The translations under genes were made by a program, and so were the position numbers. From Eledone cirrhosa (Eukaryota): a stretch of 64,000 bases of DNA. The stretch lies in assembly GCA_964016885.1 (NCBI GenBank), contig OZ024742.1, positions 308,760,001 through 308,824,000 of the forward strand, given 5' to 3'. The stretch's first letter is position 1. Every line of letters begins with the position of its first letter. The notes below the pieces were generated by a model, which saw nothing but the letters and a program-made list of their open reading frames with translations, did not search any database and was not told where the DNA came from. Below, piece after piece: positions 1 to 13,316 of the stretch.

Positions 1-199
1 TGAAGCTAGTATTGTTACGGACAGTGTCAGTTGTAAATGTTAAATATATTTATGAAAGAAGTCAACCTTCTGAAGTTATTAAGGTGTTTTGAGGATTCAT
101 CATTTTAAGTAACTGCACCAAACAGCAATCCATTGCCCACAATGTTCACCTCAGATAATGTGTAAATAGCAACACACCACTCTCAATTTGCATCTGCAT

Positions 200-285
200 T
201 TGTATTAAGTCGGATTAAGTGGTGTCAAGCACGGGATTTGCTTTTCGGGGTCATGAGTCAAGCGAACAAACTCTGTCATATCAAT
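200..285 (+). pseudogene. Degenerate hAT-type (ZMYM/DUF4371-like) transposase fragment
   Basis: The frame starting at 234 reads GFAFRGHESSEQ, resembling the hAT GLAFRGHDES motif; the flanks are disrupted. Confidence 0.35.
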
Positions 286-1093
286 AATTGATACGTTAAT
301 GAACAGAAATCCTCTTAAAGTTAATCTATTTCTCTTCTGTATTTCTCGTTGTTTCTCTCTGGTCAGCATATTTCACTCTTTCTCTCTTTCTCTCCTTCTC
401 TTTCTCTTTCTCTCTCTTTCTTCCCCTCTACCTCCCTCTCTCTATCTATCTATCTATCTCTCCATCTCTTTCGTTCACTCGTTCTTTCTCTTTCAATCTC
501 TCACATACACACTTCTCAAGAAAAACGGTAATTGTAGCTGTAATCAATGTCATTATGTTCCCTTTTACCCAACAACAACACCGAAAATCAGATATATTCA
601 AACATCACAGTAAAGACACATCTGGGGAAGGCACTGTGATTTGCCTAAAACATGATTCACACTACACAAAAAACAAAGCATTACTCGATATTTCAGTATA
701 CATTGGTTACACAGTTCTTCTTACCAATGAAGCATTGGTTGCAATCATAGCTGCGCTCTCCGAATCATTGATAACCATTAGGATTTAAGTTATGGAGTTT
801 AGCTCTTTTGGCACGAAGCCGTCTAAAACCACCTCTAGATTTATGATACGAAAGTGTTTATTTTAAAGTGCTTACATTTATCTAAAAACCTTCCATCCTA
901 GTTTTCAATGAAAGCATGTATAAAGGAATATTCCAAACACCAATGTAATAATTAGATAGTTAGCTACTTTAGGAAATCTCCCCAAATTCTTGATTAGTTT
1001 CAAAATGATTTAAGAATTATACACTGTGTCTTTCATTCGAAATATGGTAAGGTTAAATAAAAGATTTAGGCCTTTTAGAAACAATATTATAAG

Positions 1094-1451
1094 TCAGGTC
1101 AAGCTTCTCCCTGCTACTGGTACCATGTAATCCAGTACAACATGCCTCATGGTCGAGTGATCGGCGACTAAACCAGTTCCTCCACCAGACTCTGTTCCGG
1201 TGAGGACGGTAAGTGGAACCCCAGCAGCACAAAAGATAAAAGCTATTAAAAGGGTAGATCAATTCCTCAGAGTCAACATCTATTCACCCCAACTTAAGGT
1301 TAAATAGCCTCACCAACCCGTAATTGACCAAGCATGGAGAGTACGACTACACACCTTACATGACCAAAACCAAATAGAAAGCGGTGGAGGTGAACAAGGC
1401 AGGGGTTCCTCCAACAGGGATGAGAAAGCCCTGGATTGAATAATAATAATA
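1094..1451 (+). mobile_element. Short non-autonomous LINE-derived element with (TAA)n tail
   Basis: The 5' ~90 nt (tcaggtc...ctactggta...ccagtacaac...ggcgactaaacc) is homologous to 25021-25110; the element ends in gattgaa(taa)n. Confidence 0.5.
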
Positions 1452-1532
1452 TTTAAATTGAATGTTGTAGAAAATATTTAAAAAGAACACTGAGTGAAAA
1501 GATAGGTTATTGCGTTACTTTTATTTTATTTA

Positions 1533-2042
1533 TAATAATAATAATTGTTTTTGATTTAGGCACAAGGCCAGCAATTTAAAGGGGAGGGGGAAGTCGATTA
1601 AATCGACTCCGGTGCATTACTGGTGCTTTATTTTATCGACCCCGTAGGAATGAAAGGCAAAGCTAACCTCAGCGGGATTTGAACTCACAACGTAAAGGGA
1701 TGTAACTCTATGCTACAAAACAGGGTGTCCGGCGCTCTACCAATACTGGCAATCCACCGCCCTATTTATAATATTAATAATTGTTTCTACTTTTGGCACA
1801 AGGCCAGCAATTACGCCAGTGCATTACTGGTGTTTTATTTTATCGACCCGGTAAGGTTGAAAGGCAAAGTTAACCTCGGCGGATTTGAACTCAGACCGTA
1901 AAGGGCCGTAACTCTATGCTGCAAAACATAGCATATAATAATTGTTTCTACTTTTGGCACAAGGCCAGCAATTATCCCAGGATTTGAACTCAGACCGTAA
2001 AGGGCGTCCGACCCTCTACCGATACTGCCAATCAACCACCTT
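1533..2042 (-). mobile_element. Cluster of ~3 tRNA-derived SINE copies (Meta-domain-like family)
   Basis: Reverse complement shows box A/B (ggattggcagtatcgg; gagttcaaatccc), the gccgaggttaactttgcctttcatcc...gtcgataaaataaagtaccag core and an (ATT)n tail. Confidence 0.8.
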
Positions 2043-2570
2043 CGTATAATAATATCTATGATATCTCCAGTATTTTACTTCTGAATTCTATCAAAATATA
2101 TTCCAACTACAACAGATCAATAGGAAACTACTTCTATTCTATTCTTGTTTATTATATCTCATCCATAACAACCCAAATCATCATGTTTGCTGGTTATCGC
2201 CATCGTTCTGTGTGATACACGCTGTCAGCAAACTAGTCTGTGTTTTTCTTTGATTGAAGATGATTTTTATCTGTCGGTAAAGATCAAAAGAGTTCAACAG
2301 AATCACCTTTTATGCCTTAGCAATCACTTGTCAATGTATTATCGTTAATATCTTTTGTGTATAATGAAATACACATAGATGTGTTTGATAAAATAATTAG
2401 TAACACACGTGTCTGTCAGCGTTCTTGTTAGTTTCAGTGTGATATTTTAATTATACGTCGATTGGGTCTTTTTGTGTTTTAACCACCTGCGTTCATTTTT
2501 CATTTCCAACTATTAATTTAGGCCAATTTGCATCCAATATCTGTCACAATCTATAGAAATATTACATCAG

Positions 2571-2611
<41 letters not shown>

Positions 2612-2833
2612 CTCTGGGATGGACACACGCGTATAACTTGCTGAGTAAGTTCTGTTTAAATTTCTATAGAAATTCTTGTCTGATAACTTTAATTTTTGTA
2701 CCATTTTGTAGAGGGACTGCCAGGTCAAACTTTGATCTGGTCAGTCTCTCAAAATATTCTACGCCTTTAGGCGAAATAGTTAAACAAAAAAAAAAAAAAG
2801 TTTTTTCTTGTTGAAAAGTCAATATTTTTTTAA

Positions 2834-4635
2834 ATGGCCGAAGCTTCTTCACCAAAATTCGAAGGAGGAAAGGGGAAGATGAACTTACAGCTTCCCCCTG
2901 CCACTGTCACAGTAGCAGAGGTCAAGAAGAAAGGTCAGCCAGAGGAAGAATTCTCTCCACCTGTTAACCGACAACTTGACGTTGCCATGGCAACAACCCA
3001 AAGAACCAGCAGCAAAAGCAACAACAACAACAATGCGACGGACGAAAACAACACCAATAACAATAACAATAACAACAACAACAACAACAAGACCAATAAC
3101 GGTGACAACATCAACAATGATAACAACAACAACACCAACGACAACAACAACACAAACAAACAAAATTCTCCTTCGCCGAGACGACAAGGAAAACCCTCGA
3201 CTATCTGCCAGTAGATATAACAAAAGCGAAGGAGCTACCGGCGGATGCGAAAAAATATATAGTGTACGGAGAAAATGGTTCATTCACAATCCATTCCCCC
3301 CCGGAACTAAAAAGCCAGAGACTCCTAAACACGGTCATGTTTAGGATAATCTCGAACAAAAGTAAAAAACCAGCTCAACCATCACAGAGCGAGATAGAGC
3401 TGGTTTTAAAAGACGTCATGAAGGATATCACCTTCATTCAGAAGGATAGACTCTACGGGAGTCTATCCATTCTCATGAAGGACAGGGACACAGCAGTTAA
3501 ACTGTCCATCAAACCAATCACATCCACCGCATACACCTTCTACCCTACGTACATGGGTAGAAGAACACAAAAAATAAAAAGCCACACCATCCTGCCGATT
3601 ATGGACATATGGTGGGTTTTGACAGGTTTTCTGGACCTGGAGGATGACATGCTGGTGTCCATGGGAAAGGCATCGGGTGACGCGTTCAGTGGAACGAGCC
3701 TCGAACTTGTAGTTCAAATGAGGCCCGAAAGGATCGCCCAGATCCCTAAACGCGTCATACTGGATGATCTAACCTTCATCAACATTACCGTTGAGGGTAG
3801 ACGGCCCTCGTGTTACCTCTGCGGAACCAGAGGTCACCTGAGGGCTGTCTGTCCCCAACTTAATAAGAAAACCTCAATCCTGCCTACACCACCAACAACT
3901 GCACAACCAACACAATCACCACAACTACCACTACAAAAACAACCACCACAGCTCAAACCAAAACAAAACAATGTCCAACCCATCCCCTCCACTCAAAAAA
4001 CAAAAACAATTTCCAAAACACCCGTACCGCAAACACAACCCGAAAATATACCCCTCCCCTCCAACGCGGAAGATGACCCTAGTTCGTCGTCAGACGAGGA
4101 GGAGCACTTCCACACAATCAAAAGAAAAAAAAAAGAAAACACACCTCAGACACACAAATGAAAACAACCCCTCCCCAAAACATAACACTGACACCAACAC
4201 AAAAGAGCTCACAACAACAGCAAACAAAAAACACTACACAAAAACAAAAACATGCATACACATACATAAATACAAGAAACAAAAAACTGTTAAACATTGT
4301 GTACAACAACAATCTAATAAAAACACAAGGGCCTAACTTCACCCAGGCAGGGGATTTCCCCCACCTCAAAATGATTAAGGCCCCACAGGACACCTATAAA
4401 ACTTTAAAAAACAATTTTAAAGAGGACGTGGGTCCCCCCTGCGACGGGCCCATTAACCGCGTCCTCCTAAAAAAACTATCCCACCCCCTCCCCAAACACC
4501 CACACAACTCCAAGCTCCCCAACCACACAACACACTGATGCCCCCACACTTCCACAAGCCACCACCCCACCCAAAAACCCATCCCCCACCCTAATGGAAA
4601 TTGTGCAGCCCGATACCCGGGACGCAGAGAGGTAA
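2834..4635 (+). pseudogene. Tx1 ORF1 (gag-like nucleic-acid-binding protein), frameshifted
   Basis: Pieces 2834-3214 (MAE, Asn-rich), 3262-4161 (CYLCGTRGHLRAVC knuckle, P/Q/T linker) and 4158-4635; homologous to ORF1 of copy 2. Confidence 0.8.
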
Positions 4636-4659
4636 GTGCCTTTTCTCTTCACCACCAAC

Positions 4660-7600
4660 ATGGCTATGCTAAGAGTAGGCTGTTTAAATGCGCGTGGCCT
4701 GGGCTCAACTTGGAAGCAAGCAATGCTTCTAAATGACCTCAGGTCACAACGTATAGATGTGATGGTTATTTGCGAGGCCCGGATCAGCAACGTGCGACAG
4801 CTGGCCCCCACCTTTGATGACTTTGAGATGCACGCATCTCTCTGTCAGCCCGGAGGTGGGGGTGGAGTTGTCGTTCTGCTGCAAAAACATCTGGGTCTCG
4901 CAACACAGATGGTACATTTGGACCCGGAGGGTCGACTAGTGGTTCTGGACCTTGGCAGTGGTAAAGGCGGAGCGTTTAGGTTGGTAGCCGCCTACGGCCC
5001 TTTCGAGTCAATGCGGCCGGACTTCTTCCATCGTCTGGAGACTTTTCTAGGGACGTCCCGCTCCTTGCTATTAGTGGGGGACTGGAATGGTATCCTAGAT
5101 GCACGCTGGGACTACGTAGGGGCCTGCCCCGATAGAGAGGGGTGTAATAGCCTCAAAGGGTTAATCGGTCGATTTGACCTGGCCGATAGATATCGACTAG
5201 ATTTTCCGACTGCGCCAACCTGGACTTGGGCAAATCGTAGCGGATCATCTAGGTCGTACCTAGATAGGTTCTTAGTTAGAATTAAGGATAAGGACTTTTT
5301 AAGTTGTCCAAAAATGCGCATGGTTGGCTATTCAGACCACAAATTAGTGACCTGCATGGTCAACCTTGACAGAACTCATAGACAGGGCCCCGGTTACTGG
5401 AAGCTCAACTTGTCCTTGCCGGCAAGTAGAGCCTACAGGAATCGGATTAGTACGTTAGTTAAGGAACGGTTGACTGGAGCGATCGTCAACAGCAGGTGGT
5501 GGGTATCTCTAAAGAGAGAGATTAGAGTAGTCTCGATAGAATTTAGTAAGGTTCTAGCTGCGGATAGGAATAGGAAGGAAAGGGAGCTAATAGATAGAGT
5601 AGAAGAGGCAATTAGAAGCGGCGACGTGGCCAGAGTGCTAGCGTCGAGAACGGCTTTGAGCCAGTTTTTCGACGCGAAGCACGAAGGCTGCGTTGTCCGA
5701 AGTAAAATACGTGCTCTAGGGAACGAGGGGACCAAAGCTGTTAGCTGGGCCCGCGTGACAGAGGCCAACAGTGGAACTAAATCCACCATCCGGTCTTTGC
5801 GAGACCTGGATGGACGGGCGATTCTTGAGCCTAAGCAGATGTGTGAGGCCTTTCAAAGGCACTTTGCCCGACTGTTCGGGAGGGGCGGGGAGCCGGTTGG
5901 GAACGTAGACTTCGGTCCATACCTCGACGGCCTGCCGCGCCTCTCGGACAGGGAGGCGAAGTCCTGCGAGGAGCCGATTTCAGCCGCTGAGATAGAGGAC
6001 GTGCTGAGCCAATGCGGCAAACGCAAATCCCCGGGTCTCGATGGTCTTCCTTACGAATTATATCTAGCTATGCCGGACTTGTTCCCCGATCTCCTCGAGG
6101 CGGTCTACTGCAACTGGCAACAGAACGGGAGAATTCCCTGTACTGTGACCAAGGGCGTAGTCACGCTAGTGAGGAAGGACGAGAACAAGGGGGACGAAAT
6201 AAGTAACTTCAGGCCCATAACTCTGCTAAATACAGAGTTACAGATTTTGGCCAAGGTGCTAGCAAAGAGGTTGGCGCTTGTCGTGGGCAACCTGGTGGGA
6301 GATGCGCAGACATGCGCTATCCCGTCCAGGTCCATCCATGACAACCTCCACCTCATGCGATACATCATAGAGAGGGTTGGGAACGAACCCGGCTTTGGTG
6401 GGGCTCTGATCAACTTGGATCAATCTAAGGCGTTCGATAGGGTCGACCATGGTTACCTGGATGCGGTGCTAGCGGCGGCAGGCTTCGGACCCGTTTTCAG
6501 GGGCTGGATCACTGCTATGCACAGCAGCCGCATCTGCTCTAGGGTCAAGGTGAACGGCTACCTCTCGGAGCCGTTCAAAATCGCGCGGTCCATCCGACAA
6601 GGGTGCCCTCTCTCCTCCCTTCTGTATGTGTTGACTCTCGAGCCACTACTGCGGAAGTTGGAGTTGTTGCAGGGCATCCCTTTGGAACCGGGATTGCGGA
6701 AAGCGGTGTCGGCCTACGCCGATGACGTGACAGTAATGGTGTCGACGGCCTCCGAAATCGAGGCGGTCGGCACCTTACTGGAGGAGTACGAATAGTTCAC
6801 AGGGGCTAAGCTGAACCGGAACAAGTCGATCGGTTTGCAACTCGGCACGTGGAGGGGCAGACAGATGCCCTCCGATGGCGTCGTCGGACGCTGGACGGAG
6901 GGCCCGGTGAAGTTGCTCGGGGTCTGGTTCGGACCGGACCTCCAGGTGGAGAAAAACTGGGCGGAGGTTACGAACAGGGTGTTTGCACTGACCCAGAAGT
7001 GGGCCAGTTGCAAACTATCCCTGAAAGGTCGGGCGGAGGTGGCGAACACCTACATAGCGTCCGTCATCTACTACCGCCTGACCGTAGTGCCCTGCCCAAG
7101 GGAAACCCTCACCAAGATGGAGCGCGCGCTCTTCCAATTCCTTTGGAAGAGGCGGGCTCCTATGGTGAGGAGATCCATCTGCTGTCAACACCCTTCGAAA
7201 GGAGGGCTGGGGATGCCGTGGCTAATGATGCGTAAACACGCATTAAGGCTACGGCACCTCTACGTATTCCTCACCGGACAACCGGTGTGGGCCTCGTTTG
7301 TGAGACGAACCTTTCCCAGACTCGTCTCACTCACCGAGCTGCAATCCTGGGTCAAGCAAAGACCGAGAAAACTGGGCGCCTGGCACACTGAGTGTGCCCA
7401 GGCGCTCACCGCCCTCTGGCAGGCGGATCCGGTTATCAGTGGAGACTCCACCGCAACATTCTATAAAGGGCTGGTATGCAGCAGGTGCGACGACGCCCTC
7501 GGAGAAGCCCTAGACATGGAGGAGGACGAACTGGCCAGCCTGTTCGGTAGGACATTCAGCCCGGGACCTATGGACAACTTCCAGAAGTCCCTGGCCTGGC

Positions 7601-8097
7601 AGTGCTACCGAGGAGCTTTACCCGTTCGAGAAAGGCTCTACAGACACGGGCGCCCGGGTAGGGACCCCGCCAAAAACATCTGCCCCAGATGCGTGTGCGA
7701 CGAGGAAACCGTTGCACACGCATTGGTACACTGCTCGGGCGTAGCCGATCTGTGGGGCTATGTCGAACAACTGCTGTCAAGGGTGGGACCGATCCGGTTG
7801 ACCACCGAGTCTATTGTAATGATCAAGCCGCCTCCCCCCTTCAAAGATGAAGCAGAGGCGGTGTTTCTGTGCGTAATAGCCATGGCGAAAGAGGTTGTAT
7901 GGTGGACGCGTCTGAAAGGACTGAGGTCAGGCACCTTTCTCTCTGGCCAACAACTGGTCCGTTTCTTCCGATATCATTTCGGAAGAAGGATCAGGATGGA
8001 GAGAGAGGTGCTGCACCCCAGTCGTTTTTATGAAAGGTGGGTGAAAGTGGCGAGAATGGCCCGTGTGAATGGGCCTTCTCTTTACATGAGCCTGTAG
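4660..8097 (+). pseudogene. Tx1 ORF2 (APE endonuclease, reverse transcriptase, C-terminal zinc finger) with one premature stop
   Basis: Motifs LNARG, GDWN, YLD, SDH, SPGLDG, FRPITLLN, KAFDRV, RQGCPLS, YADD and CPRC..ETVAHALVHC; the two ORF pieces are in one frame, split by TAG at 6793-6795. Confidence 0.93.
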
Positions 8098-8982
8098 GTG
8101 GAAAAGAGGAAGGAACGAGGGAGCACCCCCTCTCTGTGCTCCTGAGGAAAAGGGTTGCACACTTTTTTCGGGGGTGTGTGCGACCCCCCAAGGCGCCTCC
8201 TCTCTATTGAGGATTTTGTTATAAATTTTATTTTTTGTTATATTTTATAACAAAATCCTCTATTGAGGATTTTGTTATAATTCTATTTTTTGTTATATTT
8301 TATTTTATTTTTATATATTGTTATTGCCTCCTCCCTATTGAGGACGCCTTGTTTTGTAAACTCCCCCCATTGTACTTGTCCCACTGTTGATGCCCTTGTG
8401 GCAAATAAAAGAAACATATCTATCTATCTCTATCTATCTCTATCTATCTATCTCTATCTATCTATCTCTATCTATCTATCTATAAATCTATCTATCTATC
8501 TATCTCACTTTTTTCTCTTTCTCTCCCTTTCTATTATCTATCTCTTTCCCTATCATTCTCTCTCTCTCTCTCTCACACACACACACGACCACACACATAC
8601 CTATGTCATAAAATACCAAGATAACCAACGCATGTTTTCGGAATTAAAGATTGCTCTGTTGATGTCAATGAAACCTTCCATAATAAAGAAGGGGTGTCAG
8701 TAACATTCTCATACCACGTGAGTATAGAACAGAACCTGAACAACAAGAAATGATGGACGCTGATGTTGGCTATGGGGAGATTTGGAGTCGGAAGTTAAAG
8801 AAAAGTTATAACATATAAAGTTTACTGTCTAAAGATAACTTCTGTCAGTCAACCAATCTCAGCGAACCTGAAAGAGGTCATGGGCGTTGGCCTGCCTCTT
8901 CTGGCAAAGAGACTAAAGTATTTAATTGTTGAGGCCTTTCCGTTGTTTTTCCCATTATATTTGTACTGCGCGTTCCATATTT

Positions 8983-9041
<59 letters not shown>

Positions 9042-9045
<4 letters not shown>

Positions 9046-9088
9046 CTGATGATTTCTAAAGAATGAAACAGTTCTAGTCCTGTAGAAT
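9042..9088 (+). ncRNA. Type I hammerhead ribozyme
   Basis: attc-CTGATGA-t ttc taaa gaa t-GAAA-cag ttctagtc ctg-TA-gaat; all three stems pair; GUA cleavage triplet. Confidence 0.8.
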
Positions 9089-9163
9089 CTCATCTATATT
9101 AAAACTTTTATACTCTGCAATGTATTGAGTACCTTACTTACCTCCGATTCAACCCGGAATAAC

Positions 9164-9164
<1 letters not shown>
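9042..9164 (+). mobile_element. 123-bp hammerhead-plus-tail mini-element within (TA)n
   Basis: (TA)n on both sides; hammerhead at 9042-9088; tail motif ACTCtgcaatgtatTGAGTACC at 9112-9133. Confidence 0.75.
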
Positions 9165-9193
<29 letters not shown>

Positions 9194-9195
<2 letters not shown>

Positions 9196-9390
9196 CTAAG
9201 GAAGTGTGGTAAGGAACCAGGTAGACCATAACGCACCAGAGTACTCAATACTTAGGGTAGTAGAGTGGGTAATAGGAAAATGTTCAAGACCCCGACAGCA
9301 GAGATCAAGCCGTTTCGACGGCTATTACTGGACGGAAATAGACGTCGAAACGGCTTGAGCTCTGCTGTCGGGGTCTTGAACATTTTCCTA
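9194..9390 (-). mobile_element. Fold-back element, family A
   Basis: Inverted arms 9273-9326 and 9337-9390, ~80-bp tail on the left, (TA)n flanks. Confidence 0.8.
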
Positions 9391-9499
9391 TATATATATA
9401 ATGACTGCCCCTTCGTTATCGAGTATGGCCATTGCACGATAAACACACACACACACACACACATAACACACATATATATATATATAAATATATATTAAT

Positions 9500-9690
9500 A
9501 ATTAACGGTGCTGCAATCGAATGTGGCTTTTTAGCCAACCAATCAACCGGAAATTTATGATAAATTGAAGTGAAACCCAACAGGTGCGTGTTTTTTATTT
9601 GCAGCATGACCCTCCCTAAGTATAACAATATCTGTTTCAACACACGCTTTTAGATAAGAAATCTTGCAAAACAAATTCAAAAACGAAACA
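9500..9690 (+). mobile_element. Family D 3' end with tail
   Basis: catgaccctccc(t)aagtataacaatat plus tail; homologous to 41891-42247, 59604-60073 and 60439-60770. Confidence 0.65.
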
Positions 9691-9709
9691 TATATATATA
9701 TATATATGT

Positions 9710-9845
9710 ATAGGAACAAGTATGACCCCGACAGCAGAGCTCTGCTGTCGGGGTCATACTTGTTCCTATTACCCACTCTACTACTATAAGTATTGAGTAC
9801 TTTGGTGCGTTATGGTTCATCTGGTTCCTTACCACATTTCCTTCG

Positions 9846-9847
<2 letters not shown>
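9710..9847 (+). mobile_element. Fold-back element, family A
   Basis: Perfect 60-bp palindrome 9710-9769 centred on GAGCTC, then tail; (TA)n flanks. Confidence 0.85.
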
Positions 9848-9886
<39 letters not shown>

Positions 9887-9954
9887 ACGTAAAATAAGAA
9901 AATTTCTTTAAAAAAATTTTTTTAGAAAAATTAACTTACTTACTTAAATTTTCA

Positions 9955-10034
9955 CTCCAACTAATTAGTTTCTGCAATGGGATAAAGACAGTTACGCAAT
10001 GAACTGTTGAGAATTTCATTGCGTCATCAGGGAG
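9955..10034 (-). ncRNA. Type I hammerhead ribozyme
   Basis: ctcc-CTGATGA-cgcaatg...cattgca-GAAA-ctaattag-TT-ggag; palindromic stem III. Confidence 0.75.
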
Positions 10035-10507
10035 GTCATTCTCAGCCGAGTCTCCAGGCGATGCGCGGACACTGGGGACTCATATAAAAATAATAATAAT
10101 TCGGCAACTGGAACAGCTATCGAGGACTGGATTCCAGCCACTGAAAATTCTCACTGCCACTGATTATATGGCCGATTCTAAAGAATCAATCACGTGACAC
10201 AGAGGTTAGTCAGTAGGAATGGGATGGTAAGATGACAGACGCCTACTAACACCCCCAAAAATAAATTTAGAAGTGGTTTTGGCAGGTTTGCTCGACAAAT
10301 CAGTGATTTGGAGATAAATATAGATAATTTAATATATCTACTAACATAAGCGCACAGATGTACGCTAATGCCAGCAAATACACAGGTTATGTCATAGTAC
10401 CTAGGTGGTTCAATGCAGGAGAATGCAGAACAATAATATATAAGACGTAAAATAAGAAAATTTCTTAAAAAATTTTTTTTAGAAAAATTAACTTACTTAA
10501 ATTTTCA

Positions 10508-10587
10508 CTCCAACTAATTAGTTTCTGCAATGGGATAAAGACAGTTACATAATGAACTGTTGAGAATTTCATTGCGTCATCAGGGAG
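10508..10587 (-). ncRNA. Type I hammerhead ribozyme (second tandem copy)
   Basis: Same motif as 9955-10034. Confidence 0.75.
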
Positions 10588-12082
10588 GTCATTCTCAGCC
10601 GAGTCTCCAGGCGATGCGCGGACACTGGGGACTCATATAAAAATAATAATAATTCGGCAACTGGAACAGCTATCGAGGACTGGATTCCAGCCACTGAAAA
10701 TTCTCACTGCCACTGATCATATGGCCGATTCTAAAGAATCAATCACGTGACACAGAGGCTAGTCAGTAGGAATGGGATGGTAAGATGACAGACGCCTACT
10801 AACACCCCCAAAAAAAATGTTCACTCCAACTAATTAGTTTCTGCAATGGGATATATATATATCAAGCGTTATACTGATATGTATCTTCATTTGCTGTATT
10901 GTTTTTCGTTTACTTTTCACATACACTTATATATATGTGTGTAAGTCCCTGTAGAAGCCATTTCTATATTAAACATGATATTATATATATATACTCTCTA
11001 TTCTTAGTTTGTGTTTTTGGTGTGTTTTCAAAAAAATTTTTTTTTGAAAAATTAACTTACTTAAATTTAGAAGTGGTTTTGGCAGGTTTGCTCGACAAAT
11101 CAGTGATTTGGAGATAAATATAGATAATTTAATATATCTACTAACATAAGCGCACAGATGTACGCTAATGCCAGCAAATACACAGGTTATGTCATAGTAC
11201 CTAGGTGGTTCAATGCAGGAGAATGCAGAACAATAATATATAAGACGTAAAATAAGAAAATTTCTTTAAAAAAATTTTTTTAGAAAAATTAACTTACTTA
11301 AATTTTCACTCCAACTAATTAGTTTCTGCAATGGGATATATATATATCAAGCGTTATACTGATATGTATCTTCATTGTACAGTATCATTTGCTGTATTGT
11401 TTTTCGTTTACTTTTCACATACACTTATATATATGTGTGTGTGTGTAAGTCCCTGTAGAAGCCATTTCTATATTAAACATGATATTATATATATATACTC
11501 TCTATTCTTAGTTTGTGTTTTTGGTGTGTTTTCAAAACACAAGTACACAGGCATAAACATAATATACATAATGGGATATACATATGTATTTGTCTTCATA
11601 GCTGCTTGCGTGTTTGCGTTTATGTACGACTATTTCCGTGCGGATGTCTATGCCTAAGTATTCGCTATGACTGAAGAAAAATGCAAAAGTAAGGCGATAA
11701 ACAAAAACGATGACGGAGTGTGTGTGTGTGTGTGATGTGCGTGAATATATAGTTCGTTTGTGTAAACATGATTATTCATATGAAATAAGAATAAGAATAA
11801 TATATCGCTAAATAAAAACATCCAAAATGTATTAAGAAATATATGGATAAATTGATGTTTTGATCTGAAGATTAAATACGAAACATTTTAAGGGATAGAT
11901 AAGCATCAGAAATAAAAAGAAATCTATAGTAGTGACCGATTCTTTGGTGTAATCTGACATTTCAAGATGTTTTCGATTGAGATGGGAAGAACAAAGGTAT
12001 TATATATATACATACATACTTATATTCGGGAGGAATATATATATATATACATACATATGTAGACAAGCATATATATACAAAC

Positions 12083-12135
<53 letters not shown>

Positions 12136-12501
12136 AGCATATATGTACAAAAGTTTGTTTATATATAGTTATATATATATATATTTGTGTGTCTGTGTGG
12201 GTAAAAGTGTGTTTATAAATAAACAAAACCAGACAAAAGCGTGAGGGATTCTGGAAGTAGACGTACTTATAATGTTGCAAAACGCTTTTGACCTTTAGAG
12301 TGATCGATAACAAAGCAGAAATATTTTTCAAAATCTATACGATAATATAAGAGGGTTTGGTTACGTTACAATAAGCAATTAGGTTGGTTCAAGTATTATT
12401 TTCTCGAGAGCAGTTTGTGTGATTGTTACATTATTAAACTATATATGTGAGTGGATATAAATATATATTTATGTAGGTATGTTTGTATGTACACGTCTAT
12501 G

Positions 12502-12568
<67 letters not shown>

Positions 12569-12669
12569 GTGTGTGTGAGTGTGTGTGTGTGTAAACATAT
12601 ATATATATATATATATATATACAAATATATATATACATATGTATATATATAAATATATATATATATATT

Positions 12670-12743
<74 letters not shown>

Positions 12744-12747
<4 letters not shown>

Positions 12748-12971
12748 AAAGAGTTTGGGAATTAAAGGATCAAGGAGTCCCACATAAGATTACTTGGAAT
12801 GTACTTGAACAGTCCAGATGTTATATCAACTGTACCAAGAGATGTTTCTGTCTCAGTGAAAGAATTAGGATATTACATGATTTGTCCTCTGCAATCAATA
12901 GTTATTTGAACTCTCAGAGCGATATGTTTCAAGGATGTCTACATCTGAAGAGCCAACTCCTTGTTAAGTGA
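12744..12971 (+). pseudogene. Penelope-like GIY-YIG endonuclease C-terminal fragment
   Basis: VWELKDQGVPHKITWNVLEQSRCY...KRCFCLSERIRI...YLNSQSDMFQGCLH resembles the PLE pattern IWELK..I.W.IL...Y...RC.LCL.EK..I...LN.RSE....CRH. Confidence 0.8.
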
Positions 12972-13316
12972 GAACACTCAATGACTTCACCTGATTTTCA
13001 TCTACCTTGATATTGATTTCTATATTTTGTTAATAATATTTCTATTTTCCACACTTACATAATACCGTACACATTCTACACTATTTAACTCCAAAACTTA
13101 AATAGAAATAAAAATCTCTATATTGCATACCCCACATAATATTATAAAGCTGCTATATTGAGTGTACTCAAACACACGGACTCTAACCCTAACCATTTCA
13201 ATTTTACATCTTAAGCTATTTCCCTCCGTTATACTAGAGAAATAAACATATAAATATGTTTTCCATAAAGGAGCGTTTAACACGCTATATTTTTAACAGT
13301 ATCTTCAACATCGTCC

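Larger units (their letters stand above)
2616..8415 (+). mobile_element. Tx1-clade (L1 group) non-LTR retrotransposon, near full length (copy 1)
   Basis: ORF1 with CCHC knuckle, ORF2 with APE-RT-zinc finger, 3' AATAAAAGAAA; (TC)n/(TCTA)n on both flanks. Confidence 0.92.
9883..11335 (-). mobile_element. Tandem ~555-bp hammerhead-containing repeat (retrozyme/pLTR-like)
   Basis: Unit boundary taagacgtaaaataagaaaatttc recurs at ~9883, ~10441 and ~11241; each complete unit has a minus-strand hammerhead. Confidence 0.75.

Noticed and set aside
8860-8940. CTGAAAGA plus hairpin next to (TA)n
   Set aside because: No GAAA/UH or stem I; at best a heavily decayed hammerhead
10815-11535. Patchwork duplication (10820-11030 repeated at 11305-11533)
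   Set aside because: Could be local misassembly of the tandem array; not interpretable without reads
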